Source: an uncultured Chloroflexia bacterium (GTDB lineage Bacteria > Chloroflexota > Anaerolineae > JAAYZQ01). From it: a DNA stretch of 64,000 nt. Below, in pieces: positions 28,726-37,865 of the stretch (position 1 is the first letter of the stretch; the number at the start of each line of letters is the position of its first letter). The notes beneath the pieces were generated by a model. The model worked only from the letters and a program-made list of their open reading frames with translations, searched no databases and was not told the DNA's origin. The stretch spans positions 64,001-128,000 of the forward strand of contig CAVOXA010000022.1 of the NCBI GenBank assembly GCA_963700285.1. The letters run 5' to 3'. Both the position numbers and the translations under genes were made by a program.

Positions 28726-30519
28726 CTACACTCCGGTCCAGTGCCGGAGGTGGGGTGTGACCTCCAGGCGCAGTCTGCCGTCGCCCCCGCGCTCGGCCAC
28801 GACCGGCGGCCGGGCCACGATCTCGTCGGGCCGGCCACCTTCAGAGAGCCCGACGTATCCGCTGCCAAAGCGGCCGGCCAGGTAGGTCAGAAGCTGCTTT
28901 TCCCGCGCCCTGCCCTTTTCCTGCTCTTTCTGGCAGTAGGAGCGACGTTTGCCTCCGCTCACCCTCTGCATGCTGGCGCCAGGCTTGCGCAGCCAGGAGC
29001 GGACGTTGCCCCGATCATCAAAGACCAGCGTCCCCCCGCACAGCAGAGAGACCAGCTCCCCTTGCGCGGCACCAAACTGGGACCCTTTGAGCTGCACGTC
29101 CTCGCGCCAGGCATACTGAAGCACGATCTCTCGGTGGAGCTTGCCCCTGCCCACGATCGTCTTGTCGGTCTGGTACAGGTCCACCACCGAGATGTCCTGT
29201 TGGGCCGGGATGCAAAGTTGGCGCCGGTTTTCGTTCAGAAAATGGTAGGCGTCAGTGCGCGAGCGTGCTATGCGCTCGATGTCGTAGGTGTAAAAGTAGA
29301 TCCGCTGGGGCTCGCCCTCGTCTTTGTCCACGTCGTGGCTGATGCCTCGCCCATCGAAGGCTGCCTTGATGATGTCGCGGAAGCCATCCTCGTCGACGGG
29401 GTCGACCACCTCGTCCGCCTGGAGGACGGCGCGGGCATAGTCGCTGAACTGGACATCGACAGGCGGTAGATAGTCCAGAGGCTGGAATGCGACGCGCCGG
29501 AAGCGGTTGGCGGCCCACAGGATGGCCTCTTTGCTCGTGGGCAGGTCCCCATTCTTCTTGGGTCGCTGCCTGTAGTAGGCAAACATGGCGCTCAGGATGT
29601 CCCACATTGCTCCGGTCAGTACCTGGGCCCAATCGTAGGGACTGCTGCTGCCGGCCTCACTCTGCATGGTTTTCTCGTTCAGGGCGCTGCGAAGATGGGG
29701 CCGGCCAGTGGCATAGCTGCCGAACTCCTCTGCCAGCGCGGCGACGAGGTTCTTTGTGGATAGATCCTCGCCGGCTTCCGCGGCCACCACCCAGCGGAGT
29801 TCGTTGTTGAGCAGCGAGCTCAGGATGGCCGTCATGTCGGCCACGAACTCGTGAAAGGCCGTCGTCTGCATCGAGCTGTCTTCGAAATAGCGGGGGCGCA
29901 GGCCGTCGAGGATGGCGTGGCCTGTTTCGTGGGCAATGATGTCGTGGGAGAGGCAAGTGTAGACCCGCCTGTTCTCCGGGCCGAAATAGTAGAACTGGAG
30001 GGACTTGCTGCGCCTGTCGTAGAAGGCGTTGGCCAGATAGCCGGCGTGGGGTACCACGGTCAGGCGGTTGCCCTCAAAGGCCCACGGCGCGGACCGGCCC
30101 AACACCCAGGTCGCCTCGTACATGCGCAGCACGCTCTGGATGATGGCCCACACGTTGACCTGGTGAAACTGGGCCTTGTCCTTGTGCTTTTTGGTAATAA
30201 ACTCTTTCTGGCCACCGGGCTCGAAATAGAACATGCGAGCCTTTCGATCCCATTTGACCGGTTCCTCAAGCTTGCCGGTATCGCCGTCATAGTCTACGAC
30301 GGCGATGCGGGCGCTGGTCGGGCCCGCCATCAGATCGGGTTCGCACTCGAATTCGAGGCTGCCCAGGCCAAACGCTGGATCGCTTTCCGCTACCAGCGGG
30401 TCCTGGACATAGACGTCCACCGGTACCAGCAGGCCAAGCGTGCGCTTGTTGTCACTGCTCAGCCGGGGCGCTGCCTGATATAGGTTTGAATAGTCGGTCA
30501 TGGTCCACTGAATCGCCAT
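28726..30519 (-). CDS. Zinc metalloprotease, M4/M36-like gluzincin, no signal peptide
   Basis: FHQVNVW, NAFYD, SHDIIAHETGHAILDG (HExxH), AFHEFVAD (third ligand); RBS before ATG 30519. Confidence 0.85.
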   Translation of the reverse strand: MAIQWTMTDYSNLYQAAPRLSSDNKRTLGLLVPVDVYVQDPLVAESDPAFGLGSLEFECEPDLMAGPTSARIAVVDYDGDTGKLEEPVKWDRKARMFYFEPGGQKEFITKKHKDKAQFHQVNVWAIIQSVLRMYEATWVLGRSAPWAFEGNRLTVVPHAGYLANAFYDRRSKSLQFYYFGPENRRVYTCLSHDIIAHETGHAILDGLRPRYFEDSSMQTTAFHEFVADMTAILSSLLNNELRWVVAAEAGEDLSTKNLVAALAEEFGSYATGRPHLRSALNEKTMQSEAGSSSPYDWAQVLTGAMWDILSAMFAYYRQRPKKNGDLPTSKEAILWAANRFRRVAFQPLDYLPPVDVQFSDYARAVLQADEVVDPVDEDGFRDIIKAAFDGRGISHDVDKDEGEPQRIYFYTYDIERIARSRTDAYHFLNENRRQLCIPAQQDISVVDLYQTDKTIVGRGKLHREIVLQYAWREDVQLKGSQFGAAQGELVSLLCGGTLVFDDRGNVRSWLRKPGASMQRVSGGKRRSYCQKEQEKGRAREKQLLTYLAGRFGSGYVGLSEGGRPDEIVARPPVVAERGGDGRLRLEVTPHLRHWTGV

Positions 30520-30665
30520 AGCTCCCACCTCCCACAGGTTGACAAGCTGCCGGTCCAGCCTTGGAGTAGCGATGATCCGATGGGTCAATCGCTCATTGGG
30601 CAGCCCTCACTTCTCGCCCCGCAACGGCCACGATCAGGCGCTCCAGTTTGGCCGGTAAGCGCTGT

Positions 30666-31727
30666 CTATGCGTTGATCCCCGACGGGAACTTTTTCGCCG
30701 TACTCTCGATGAAATTCCACAGGGGCCAGGGAATCGTGCCCAGTAGGAACGAAAAGGCGACCATCACCCGCGGATCCGACAGGTCCAGCACCAACTCGTT
30801 GCTCGAGGCCAGGGTGATTTTCAGCGACACCAGCGAGAGCAAAAAGACGATGACCAGTACCATCACCGGGGTGGCTACCAGGTGGGCGATGTGCATGATG
30901 ATCCCATCCTGGTAGAAACGGCGCTGGTATAGGTACCAGCCGGTCATCATGATTTTATTCACCAGGATGCCGGCCAGCGCCCACAGAAGGACCTCGATCA
31001 TGCGCAGCGGATCGCGGTTCCAGATGCCCACCCCGAGTTCCTTGGGCGTTTTGATGATGCCGCGCAGGGCATCGATGCGCTCCGGCAGCTCCGACTTTTC
31101 CTTATCCGCCAGCGTCGCCGCGGCCTTGTCCTCGACCAGCGAGGCTTTGATGGTATTCACGCGCGCCGCCACCAGCAGCCTGTCGGTCTCGCTCAGGTCC
31201 TTCCGCTGTCCCAGGGCCTTCTCCACGTCGGTGGCAATGTCCTCCACGGCCGCCATCAGCTCGGCGCCCGCCGCTACCTTGTCCTCAGCCTCAAAGGCTT
31301 CCGCGGCCTGCTCCTCGAACTTGGAGATGGCTACCGGAATCGTCTCGCTCAGTGGCGCGGCCCCCTGTCGGACAAGGAGGTGGAGCGCGACGTAGGCGAT
31401 CACCAGGATGGCAAAGGCCACCAGCAGCCCAGAGAAAAAAATCCTGCCTGCCTTTGTGTCCTCGTCCTCTTCGCGGCGTACAACGTCCAGCCAGACGCCA
31501 TCGTCCGTCTCATCCGGAACCTTGAGGGTTTTGGTCCGGCCCGCAATGTTCTTGGCGTCGAGGGCTACAAAGGACCAGCTTCCTTTTTCCAGATCATCAA
31601 AGGTAAAGGCCCCGTGATCATCAGCCACCACATGTTTGGTGTCCGTGTCCTTTCTTGCCTCTACCGTCGCCCTGGACACGCGCTCTTTGGTCACAGACTG
31701 GGATACGGTTCCATTCACAATGGCCAT
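30666..31727 (-). CDS. Membrane protein with N-terminal carboxypeptidase-regulatory-like beta domain
   Basis: VNGTV..S.TKE.V.RATV.A......VADDHGAFTFDDL..G.W; one TM, a helical linker, then about 3 C-terminal TMs; RBS AAGGAGG; extended -10 TGGTATAAT at 31789-31781. Confidence 0.75.
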   Translation of the reverse strand: MAIVNGTVSQSVTKERVSRATVEARKDTDTKHVVADDHGAFTFDDLEKGSWSFVALDAKNIAGRTKTLKVPDETDDGVWLDVVRREEDEDTKAGRIFFSGLLVAFAILVIAYVALHLLVRQGAAPLSETIPVAISKFEEQAAEAFEAEDKVAAGAELMAAVEDIATDVEKALGQRKDLSETDRLLVAARVNTIKASLVEDKAAATLADKEKSELPERIDALRGIIKTPKELGVGIWNRDPLRMIEVLLWALAGILVNKIMMTGWYLYQRRFYQDGIIMHIAHLVATPVMVLVIVFLLSLVSLKITLASSNELVLDLSDPRVMVAFSFLLGTIPWPLWNFIESTAKKFPSGINA

Positions 31728-31912
31728 AGTCACCCTCCTTTCCAACGCGGTTCGCTTAACCAACCAGATTGACAGCTCCCATTATACCACATCTGTCAAG
31801 TTGAAACCGGAGCCTCAGACTTCCGAAGTCGAATCATGACTTGTTGGGGGTAGGCAGAAACTCGAACAGGTTTTGGCCCCTTTGACAATGCGCTTCCCCA
31901 GAAAACCGCCTA

Positions 31913-31940
31913 TTGACTTCTACCCTGCTTGTGGTATGAT
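31913..31940 (+). promoter_or_regulatory. Putative promoter
   Basis: TTGACT, 16 bp, TGnTATGAT. Confidence 0.5.
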
Positions 31941-32082
31941 AGGGTCAAGCAGTACTGCATCTTACCTGACACTCATGATCAGTACTCCTGCTGCCTGCTC
32001 GACCTGCTTCGCCCAACGTTCCGATGGCCGCGAACGGTAGCAGACGTTCATCAATCGTACAACAAAAAGGGGAGCTTCTATC

Positions 32083-33732
32083 ATGTCTTCATCCCGGCTG
32101 CTTGCCGCACTGGTTGTCCTCGTAATTGGCATCGCGCTGACTGGATCCGCCTGGGTTGCTGTGCCGCCTGCAGCGTATGTTCAGGCGCAGGACCTCACGA
32201 CCCCAGATCCTCCTCCGCCGAACCAGGGGACTCCCATCGGCATTACAGAGCCGCTGGGACGGTACGTGGAACCCAAAGAGCTGTCCCTGGAGTCCGAGGG
32301 GGTTGCTCTGGCTCCCAGCGTGCTGAACGGTGTTGCCCCATCAATGGGAACCAACTTTGATGGTCTTGGCATGGAGGCCTTTAACGGCGGGTATTTAACG
32401 AATCCCCCGGACACCCACTCCGCCACAGGTCTGGACCGCATCGTCGAGGTCACCAATGGCCACGTCGCCATCTATGACAAATCTGGAGGGCTCATCGCCG
32501 GCGGCGACAAAGGTGCAGGGGCAGTGACCATCAGCGACTTTTGTGGTTCGGCCGGGCCACCGACTGAAGACAAATGCTATGACCCAAAGGTGATCTATGA
32601 CCAGGATGCCGATCGTTTCGTGGCAGTGGCCCTGCAAGGCAAAACTGCCGCTACCACCAAGCTGCACGTGATGGTCTCAAGGACCAGTGGCCCGGCAAAT
32701 TTCGCCTCGGACTGGGACAAGTTCAACCACAGCGCCAGCGCGAATCTCGGCGGCACGGACGGCTGGTTCGATTATCCCGGCCTGGGCGTCAGCCCGGACG
32801 CGGTCGTCGTGACGGGCAACATCTTTCCCGATGGCCCAGGGATTGCCCTGGGCACCAAGTTCCGTGTCTTTGACAAAAGCGAACTCTATGATGGAGATGC
32901 CACGGCCACCTACCAGGACATTGACAACCTCCTGGCCGTCGGTGGATTTACCGTCCAGCCGGCCCACCATCTCAGCAGTCCTCCCCCGGGAACGTTTTAC
33001 CTTCTTGAGCGTTGGTTTGGCACCACAACCCTCGGCGTTTTGGCGCTTACGGGAGTGCCCGACTCACCAACGTGGACCGGTAGGCTGGTTACAACGCCCA
33101 ATATGGGGACTTGCGTCCCCGCGGCACCGCAGATGGGCACGTCGAAGGTAATTGATACGGTTTGTCCGCGGATGATGGCCGCTGTGTGGCGGGATGGTTC
33201 CCTATGGGGCACGCTCACCGGGTCCAACGCCGCCAACTCCCGGGCAGTGGTCCAGTGGTTCGAGCTCGAGACCAATGGCCTGCCTGCAGGGACTCCCTCG
33301 CTGCGCCAGCACGGGGCCATAGACGCAGGGCCGGGCGAATTCACCTTCCTGCCCTCCATCTCGGTGGATGCGGCCGGCAATGCCGCAATGACCTATTCCC
33401 AAAGCTCCAGCATCCGCTACCCCGAGATGCGGTACACGGCCCGGGCGGCCGGCGATCCACTGAACACGATGCGGGATCCGGTCGTGGCCAAGACGAGCGT
33501 CGGTTTCCAGGACGACCTCGACCCTGCCTCCGTCCGCGAGCGCTGGGGCGACTATTCCTCGACAGCCGTTGACCCCTTGGATGGCTCGTTCTGGATCAGC
33601 AACGAGTACGTGAAGGTGGCAGCGAGCGGAGGGGGGAACAATGCTCGCTGGGGTACCTGGCACGCGAACTTTTCCTTCAACGCTCCGGCGGCTCCGTCCA
33701 CCGCATACTTGCCCATCATCTCGAACAACTAG
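32083..33732 (+). CDS. Secreted beta-rich protein of unknown function with C-terminal YLPII tail
   Basis: Signal peptide; PPDT...G...IVEVTN, DPKVIYD...DRF, DYPGLG, RWGDYS motifs; ends TAYLPIISNN. Confidence 0.8.
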   Translation: MSSSRLLAALVVLVIGIALTGSAWVAVPPAAYVQAQDLTTPDPPPPNQGTPIGITEPLGRYVEPKELSLESEGVALAPSVLNGVAPSMGTNFDGLGMEAFNGGYLTNPPDTHSATGLDRIVEVTNGHVAIYDKSGGLIAGGDKGAGAVTISDFCGSAGPPTEDKCYDPKVIYDQDADRFVAVALQGKTAATTKLHVMVSRTSGPANFASDWDKFNHSASANLGGTDGWFDYPGLGVSPDAVVVTGNIFPDGPGIALGTKFRVFDKSELYDGDATATYQDIDNLLAVGGFTVQPAHHLSSPPPGTFYLLERWFGTTTLGVLALTGVPDSPTWTGRLVTTPNMGTCVPAAPQMGTSKVIDTVCPRMMAAVWRDGSLWGTLTGSNAANSRAVVQWFELETNGLPAGTPSLRQHGAIDAGPGEFTFLPSISVDAAGNAAMTYSQSSSIRYPEMRYTARAAGDPLNTMRDPVVAKTSVGFQDDLDPASVRERWGDYSSTAVDPLDGSFWISNEYVKVAASGGGNNARWGTWHANFSFNAPAAPSTAYLPIISNN

Positions 33733-33833
33733 AGCTACGACCCCAGCCAGCTTCTGGGGAACGGCGGCTTTGGCTCGAGTGACTGGTCACTGGCAAACCA
33801 CGGGATCGCCCCAGTTGGACTCCCAGTCTTTTT

Positions 33834-34445
33834 CTAATTCGGTTTGTCGCCAAGGCGGCGCTCAGACCCATGCAGGAGGCGTTGGATGTTGGGCCGGTGA
33901 GCATAGACGACAATGAGCCACAGGAGGACCCCGTACAGAACATAAATGAGCGGTAGCGTGCCCATCAGACCCAAGATCAATAGAACGATGGGCACCAGCG
34001 TGGTGACCGTCAGCGAGCCCACCGAGGCATAGCGGGTGATTGCGACAATGAGGAGTAGCAGAACGAGCAGGGCTATCGCGAGCGGCAGGTAGATGGCGCC
34101 AAGCGCGCCCAGCGAAGTGGACACACCCGCCCCACCCTTGAAGCGATTAAAGACCGGGTAACAATGCCCCAGGACCACGGCTCCCCCAGCCAGCACCTGT
34201 ACCAGGGGGCTCATGGTGATCTGTCCAGCCAGCCAGACTGCCAGAAACCCCTTGCCAACGTCCATGGCCAGGGTCAGACCAGCGGGCAGGAATCCGGCTG
34301 CGCGCAGAACATTGGTCGCACCCGTTCGACCACTACCAGATTCAAGTACGTTCGCGCCCCACAGCTTGCCGATCAGAAACCCGATGGGCAAGCTGCCCAA
34401 GAGATAGGCCAGAATTACAGCTAGAAAACCCAATAGCATTTCCAT
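33834..34445 (-). CDS. plsY: Glycerol-3-phosphate acyltransferase PlsY
   Basis: AYLLGSLP.G, GSGRTGATNVLR, D.GKG, GHCYPVF..FKGGAGVST, HRPNIQRL..GSE. Confidence 0.95.
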   Translation of the reverse strand: MEMLLGFLAVILAYLLGSLPIGFLIGKLWGANVLESGSGRTGATNVLRAAGFLPAGLTLAMDVGKGFLAVWLAGQITMSPLVQVLAGGAVVLGHCYPVFNRFKGGAGVSTSLGALGAIYLPLAIALLVLLLLIVAITRYASVGSLTVTTLVPIVLLILGLMGTLPLIYVLYGVLLWLIVVYAHRPNIQRLLHGSERRLGDKPN

Positions 34446-34610
34446 TGTTCTTCCCCCTCCAATCCTGGGTGAAACTCCCGACTGCCCGCCATCCTAAAGA
34501 ACACCCCTGGAAGCATATCGTTCCGATTCCTTCGGTGTCGGGTTCTGTCCCTCGTGCACTGCATCTCGTCCGGCAGTGTCCAAAGATGGCCAAATAATGC
34601 GATTTTGCTG

Positions 34611-34639
34611 TTGACGCGGCGCCCGAAATATGTTATAAT
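34611..34639 (+). promoter_or_regulatory. Putative promoter
   Basis: TTGACG, 17 bp, TGnTATAAT. Confidence 0.7.
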
Positions 34640-34831
34640 GGTGGTGCCTTCATTGTAGCTTTCGTGGCCATACCTTTCGATCCTTGCCTCATCGATCGTG
34701 GCCGCTGGTTTTTGGGCGCATCAACAGCAGGATCCCAACGTCGTAATCAAAGGCGCCGGGCTCTGTCTGGGCACAGTATTGTTGCCGTCCCTGGAATGCA
34801 AGCGACGTATTGGGAACTATGGAGGTGAGTT

Positions 34832-35230
34832 ATGAAGACGATTCGACAGGCAACCATCCGCAGGATTAGGTCTCTGCGTTGGGTGGCGAGGTCAATCGGG
34901 CTGTGTGTGGCCGCGCTCTTTGTGTTCTTTATGATCGACTCGGGCGCGCGTCTGATTCCGGCGCTGCCCTGGACCGAGCCCCAGGGGATGCCGTTGTTCC
35001 TCGTACTGCTGGCCGCCGTGGCCGGCTTGCTTCTTGCCTGGCGCTACGAAGCCGTAGGCGGCCTTCTCGCTGTGGCCGGCGCGCTGGTGATCCTGGCCCT
35101 GGTCTTCCTGGGCTCGGGACCCAGCATGCTGCTGGGCGCCCTGTTCTTTACTCTACCGCTGCTGGTGGCCGGCTGCCTGTACCTTGGTTGCTGGCAATCA
35201 GAAGCAGGGCTAGATCAGCAGAACGCATAA
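34832..35230 (+). CDS. Small 4-TM membrane protein
   Basis: RBS GGAGGTG; LRWVAR, GLLLAWRYEAVGGLL; four hydrophobic segments. Confidence 0.75.
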   Translation: MKTIRQATIRRIRSLRWVARSIGLCVAALFVFFMIDSGARLIPALPWTEPQGMPLFLVLLAAVAGLLLAWRYEAVGGLLAVAGALVILALVFLGSGPSMLLGALFFTLPLLVAGCLYLGCWQSEAGLDQQNA

Positions 35231-35461
35231 CTGCTTTCTGCAAGACAGGCAGTGGCTGCCCCGGCCCGTGATCCGGTATCAGCGCTTTTGTCGGGCTCGA
35301 TAACTTCCACATCCGTGAGCACCACGGTGGTGTCGTCCAGTACCTCGATGCCATCGCCCCCGCTGTCAATGAGGCCATTTGTGCGACAGGTGCTGGACTG
35401 TGGTCCAGCACAAGCCACTTATCATGTGTGGCTCTAGGCGGACAACAGTCCGCCGGCCGGT

Positions 35462-36997
35462 CTACCGCAGCCGCGGCAGCGCCAGGGCGGAGGGCGTGAC
35501 GGCCAGGCCGCCGAGGGCCGTGCAGCGCAGCTCGCGGGGCAGCATCTGGCCGACGGCGTAGACGGCGTCGATGGTCTCGTCCAGGGGGATGGGATTCACA
35601 TAACCGCCCAGGATCAGGTCGGCGCAGAGAAAGGCGGACGAGGCGGCGACGGCGTTGCGGGTGTGGCAGGGGATCTCGACGATGCCCTGCACCAGGTCGC
35701 AGACGGAGCCCATGGTGTTCTGGAAGGAGATGGCGGCGGCGTCCAGGGCCTGGGCTGCCGTGCCGCCGGCGGCTTCGACGACAGCGGCGGCCGCCATGGC
35801 CCCGGCGGCGCCGATCTCGACCTGGCAGCCGGCGACTTCGGCGGCAAAGGTGGCGCGGGTGCCCAGCACCAGGCCCACGGCCGAGGCGGCCAGCAGGGCC
35901 AGGTTGGTCTGTTCCTGGCCCAAGTCCCACTCTTCAGCCAGCGTCACGACCACAGCGGGGACAACGCCGGCCGCTCCCGCCGTGGGGGCGGCGCAGACCA
36001 CGCCGTGGCCGCCGTTGACGTGCATAACGGCCATGGCGCGCGCGGCAGCGCGCGTGTGGATGCCGCCGGTGGGCAGGCGCCCGGCCGCTTCGGACTGGAA
36101 GATCGAGCGGGCGGTTGGCCGCAGCAGTTGCATGGGCGGCAGGTCTTTGCCCAGGCCGCGCTCTACCGCGGCCCGCATGACCTCGAAACGGCGCTGCATC
36201 TCGTCCAGCACCGCCCCTTCGGGGATGCCCAGGAGCGCCGATTCATAGGCCAGGGCGACCTGGCCCAGGGTGATGCCATCTTTTTCGGCCAGGGCGACCA
36301 TTTCCGCGGCGCTGGACAGCAGGGGCTGGCCGCGTTGGGCAAAAAAGATGGGCGGCGCGGTCCAGAGGCCACGCAGGCCGGGCAGGCGCTCCAGCTCGCC
36401 GCGGGCGGCAGGATCCAGCGCCGCGGCGCGCCGGGCGTGGAGAAAGAGCAGGTCCTCCTTTGCCTGCTCGGCCACCGGTTCCAGGAGATCGCGCGCCGCG
36501 GGCGCGTCGCCGGCCTCCAGCTCAACCAAGACCTCGTGGGCATCCCCGGTCAGGCGCAGGGGCCAGCCGTTGAGCCGGGTGACGACCACGGCCCCACCCC
36601 CGATCGAGTCGGCGACGAGGCGCAGGGACCGCCCGGCCGCGGATTCCGTGCGGATCTCGACGGTATTGGGATGGTCGGCGTGGTGCAGCGGCTGGACCTC
36701 GAAGAGGAGCTTGATGCCCCGGGCGGCGGCCAGGTCGAGGGCATGGTGGAAGCGGTCGTCGGTGATGGTCCAGCCCATCAGGCCGGCGGCAAAGGCCCGG
36801 TCGCTGCCCTGCTGGGCATAGACCTGGGCGTAGGAGCCGTCCGGGTCAAAGGTGAAGGTGGCCGTATCTACGTCGGCGCCCAGCAGCGCGCGGGCCAGCC
36901 GGCCGATGTGGTAGGATGCGGCTGTATGGGAGCTGGATGGCCCGCGCATTACGGGGCCCAGGACGTCGTTAAAGATGCTGATGGCTTTCAAGGGCAT
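35462..36997 (-). CDS. sdaA: Fe-S L-serine dehydratase, fused beta and alpha chains
   Basis: SIFNDVLGPVMRGPSSSHTA (beta), HPNT, SIGGG; VCAAPTAGAAG, GCQVE.G, G.VCD.V.G.VEIPC..RN, LRCTALGGLA.TP (alpha); own RBS AGGAG. Confidence 0.9.
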   Translation of the reverse strand: MPLKAISIFNDVLGPVMRGPSSSHTAASYHIGRLARALLGADVDTATFTFDPDGSYAQVYAQQGSDRAFAAGLMGWTITDDRFHHALDLAAARGIKLLFEVQPLHHADHPNTVEIRTESAAGRSLRLVADSIGGGAVVVTRLNGWPLRLTGDAHEVLVELEAGDAPAARDLLEPVAEQAKEDLLFLHARRAAALDPAARGELERLPGLRGLWTAPPIFFAQRGQPLLSSAAEMVALAEKDGITLGQVALAYESALLGIPEGAVLDEMQRRFEVMRAAVERGLGKDLPPMQLLRPTARSIFQSEAAGRLPTGGIHTRAAARAMAVMHVNGGHGVVCAAPTAGAAGVVPAVVVTLAEEWDLGQEQTNLALLAASAVGLVLGTRATFAAEVAGCQVEIGAAGAMAAAAVVEAAGGTAAQALDAAAISFQNTMGSVCDLVQGIVEIPCHTRNAVAASSAFLCADLILGGYVNPIPLDETIDAVYAVGQMLPRELRCTALGGLAVTPSALALPRLR

Positions 36998-37038
36998 CGC
37001 TCCTGGATGTTGGTCGGGGTTGTTTCTGGACCGGCAGG

Positions 37039-37702
37039 TCACGGACCTGCCGGGAGCAAGGGATTCGAAAGAGGCATGATGGTGGCCTCGTTGGTCTCGA
37101 CGATCACGGCCTCCAGGGTCCCGTTGGACATCTCCTGGAGCTCGTGCCTGGAAGGGGGCATAGTGCTCGACGGCGAAGCGGGCGGTCACGGTGACCTCAT
37201 CGGTGAAATCCTCGTCCAGGATCTGGCCGTGGTGGGCCTGGACCACCAGGCGCACCTGTTCAAAGAGCGGGTAGGGCGTCGCAAGCATGACCACGTGGGT
37301 GGCTACCTTTTCGGCCAGGGGCAGCACGTCGAGCACGGCGCGCACGGCGTCGCCATAGGCCCGCACCAGCCCTCCCGTGCCCAGCTTGGTGCCGCCAAAG
37401 TAGCGGGTGACGACGACGGCGGCGTCACCCAGCCCGCTGCCGCTGAGCACTGCCAGCGCCGGCCGCCCGGCCGTACCAGAGGGTTCGCCGTCGTCGTGGC
37501 AGTGGGTGACCACGGTCGAACCGTGCCCGACCACAAAGGCCGGCACGTTGTGGGAGGCGTCGGCATACTCTTTTCTGATGCGGGCGACAAAGGCCTTGGC
37601 CTCGTCCACAGAAAAGACGGGTGCCGCGGAGGCGATAAAGCGGGAGTTCAGCACCTGGATCTCGGTGCGCGTCTCCTGGGCTGGGATGGTGTAGCGCTTC
37701 AT
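37039..37702 (-). CDS. yigZ: YigZ/IMPACT family protein, one frameshift near 37145
   Basis: SRFIA, DASHNVPAF, DDGEPSGTAGRP, VVVTRYFGGTKLGTGGLVRAY; the corrected frame continues LQEMSNGTLE and stops at 37039. Confidence 0.88.
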
Positions 37703-37865
37703 GAGGCCGGGTTACGCTCCTGCGGTTGCGCTGATCTGCCTCTCCCAGTGCCTCGACCAGGTGGCGGGGCGTCAGGTACTGGTATCCGGTGATCCTGGAG
37801 ATTTCCACCGGGGTAGGTGCAACCCGGATCGGGACCACACGTCGCGTACGGTCCCGGTCTTTGGC

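Noticed and set aside
35462-37702. 746-aa YigZ-serine dehydratase fusion in the ORF track
   Set aside because: A frameshift near 37145 bypasses the yigZ stop at 37039; the dehydratase has its own RBS and ATG at 36997.
35663-37792. Long antisense ORFs (e.g. 709 aa here, 553 aa at 18944-20605, 373 aa at 1157-2278)
   Set aside because: Shadow frames of GC-rich genes on the opposite strand with no recognisable motifs.
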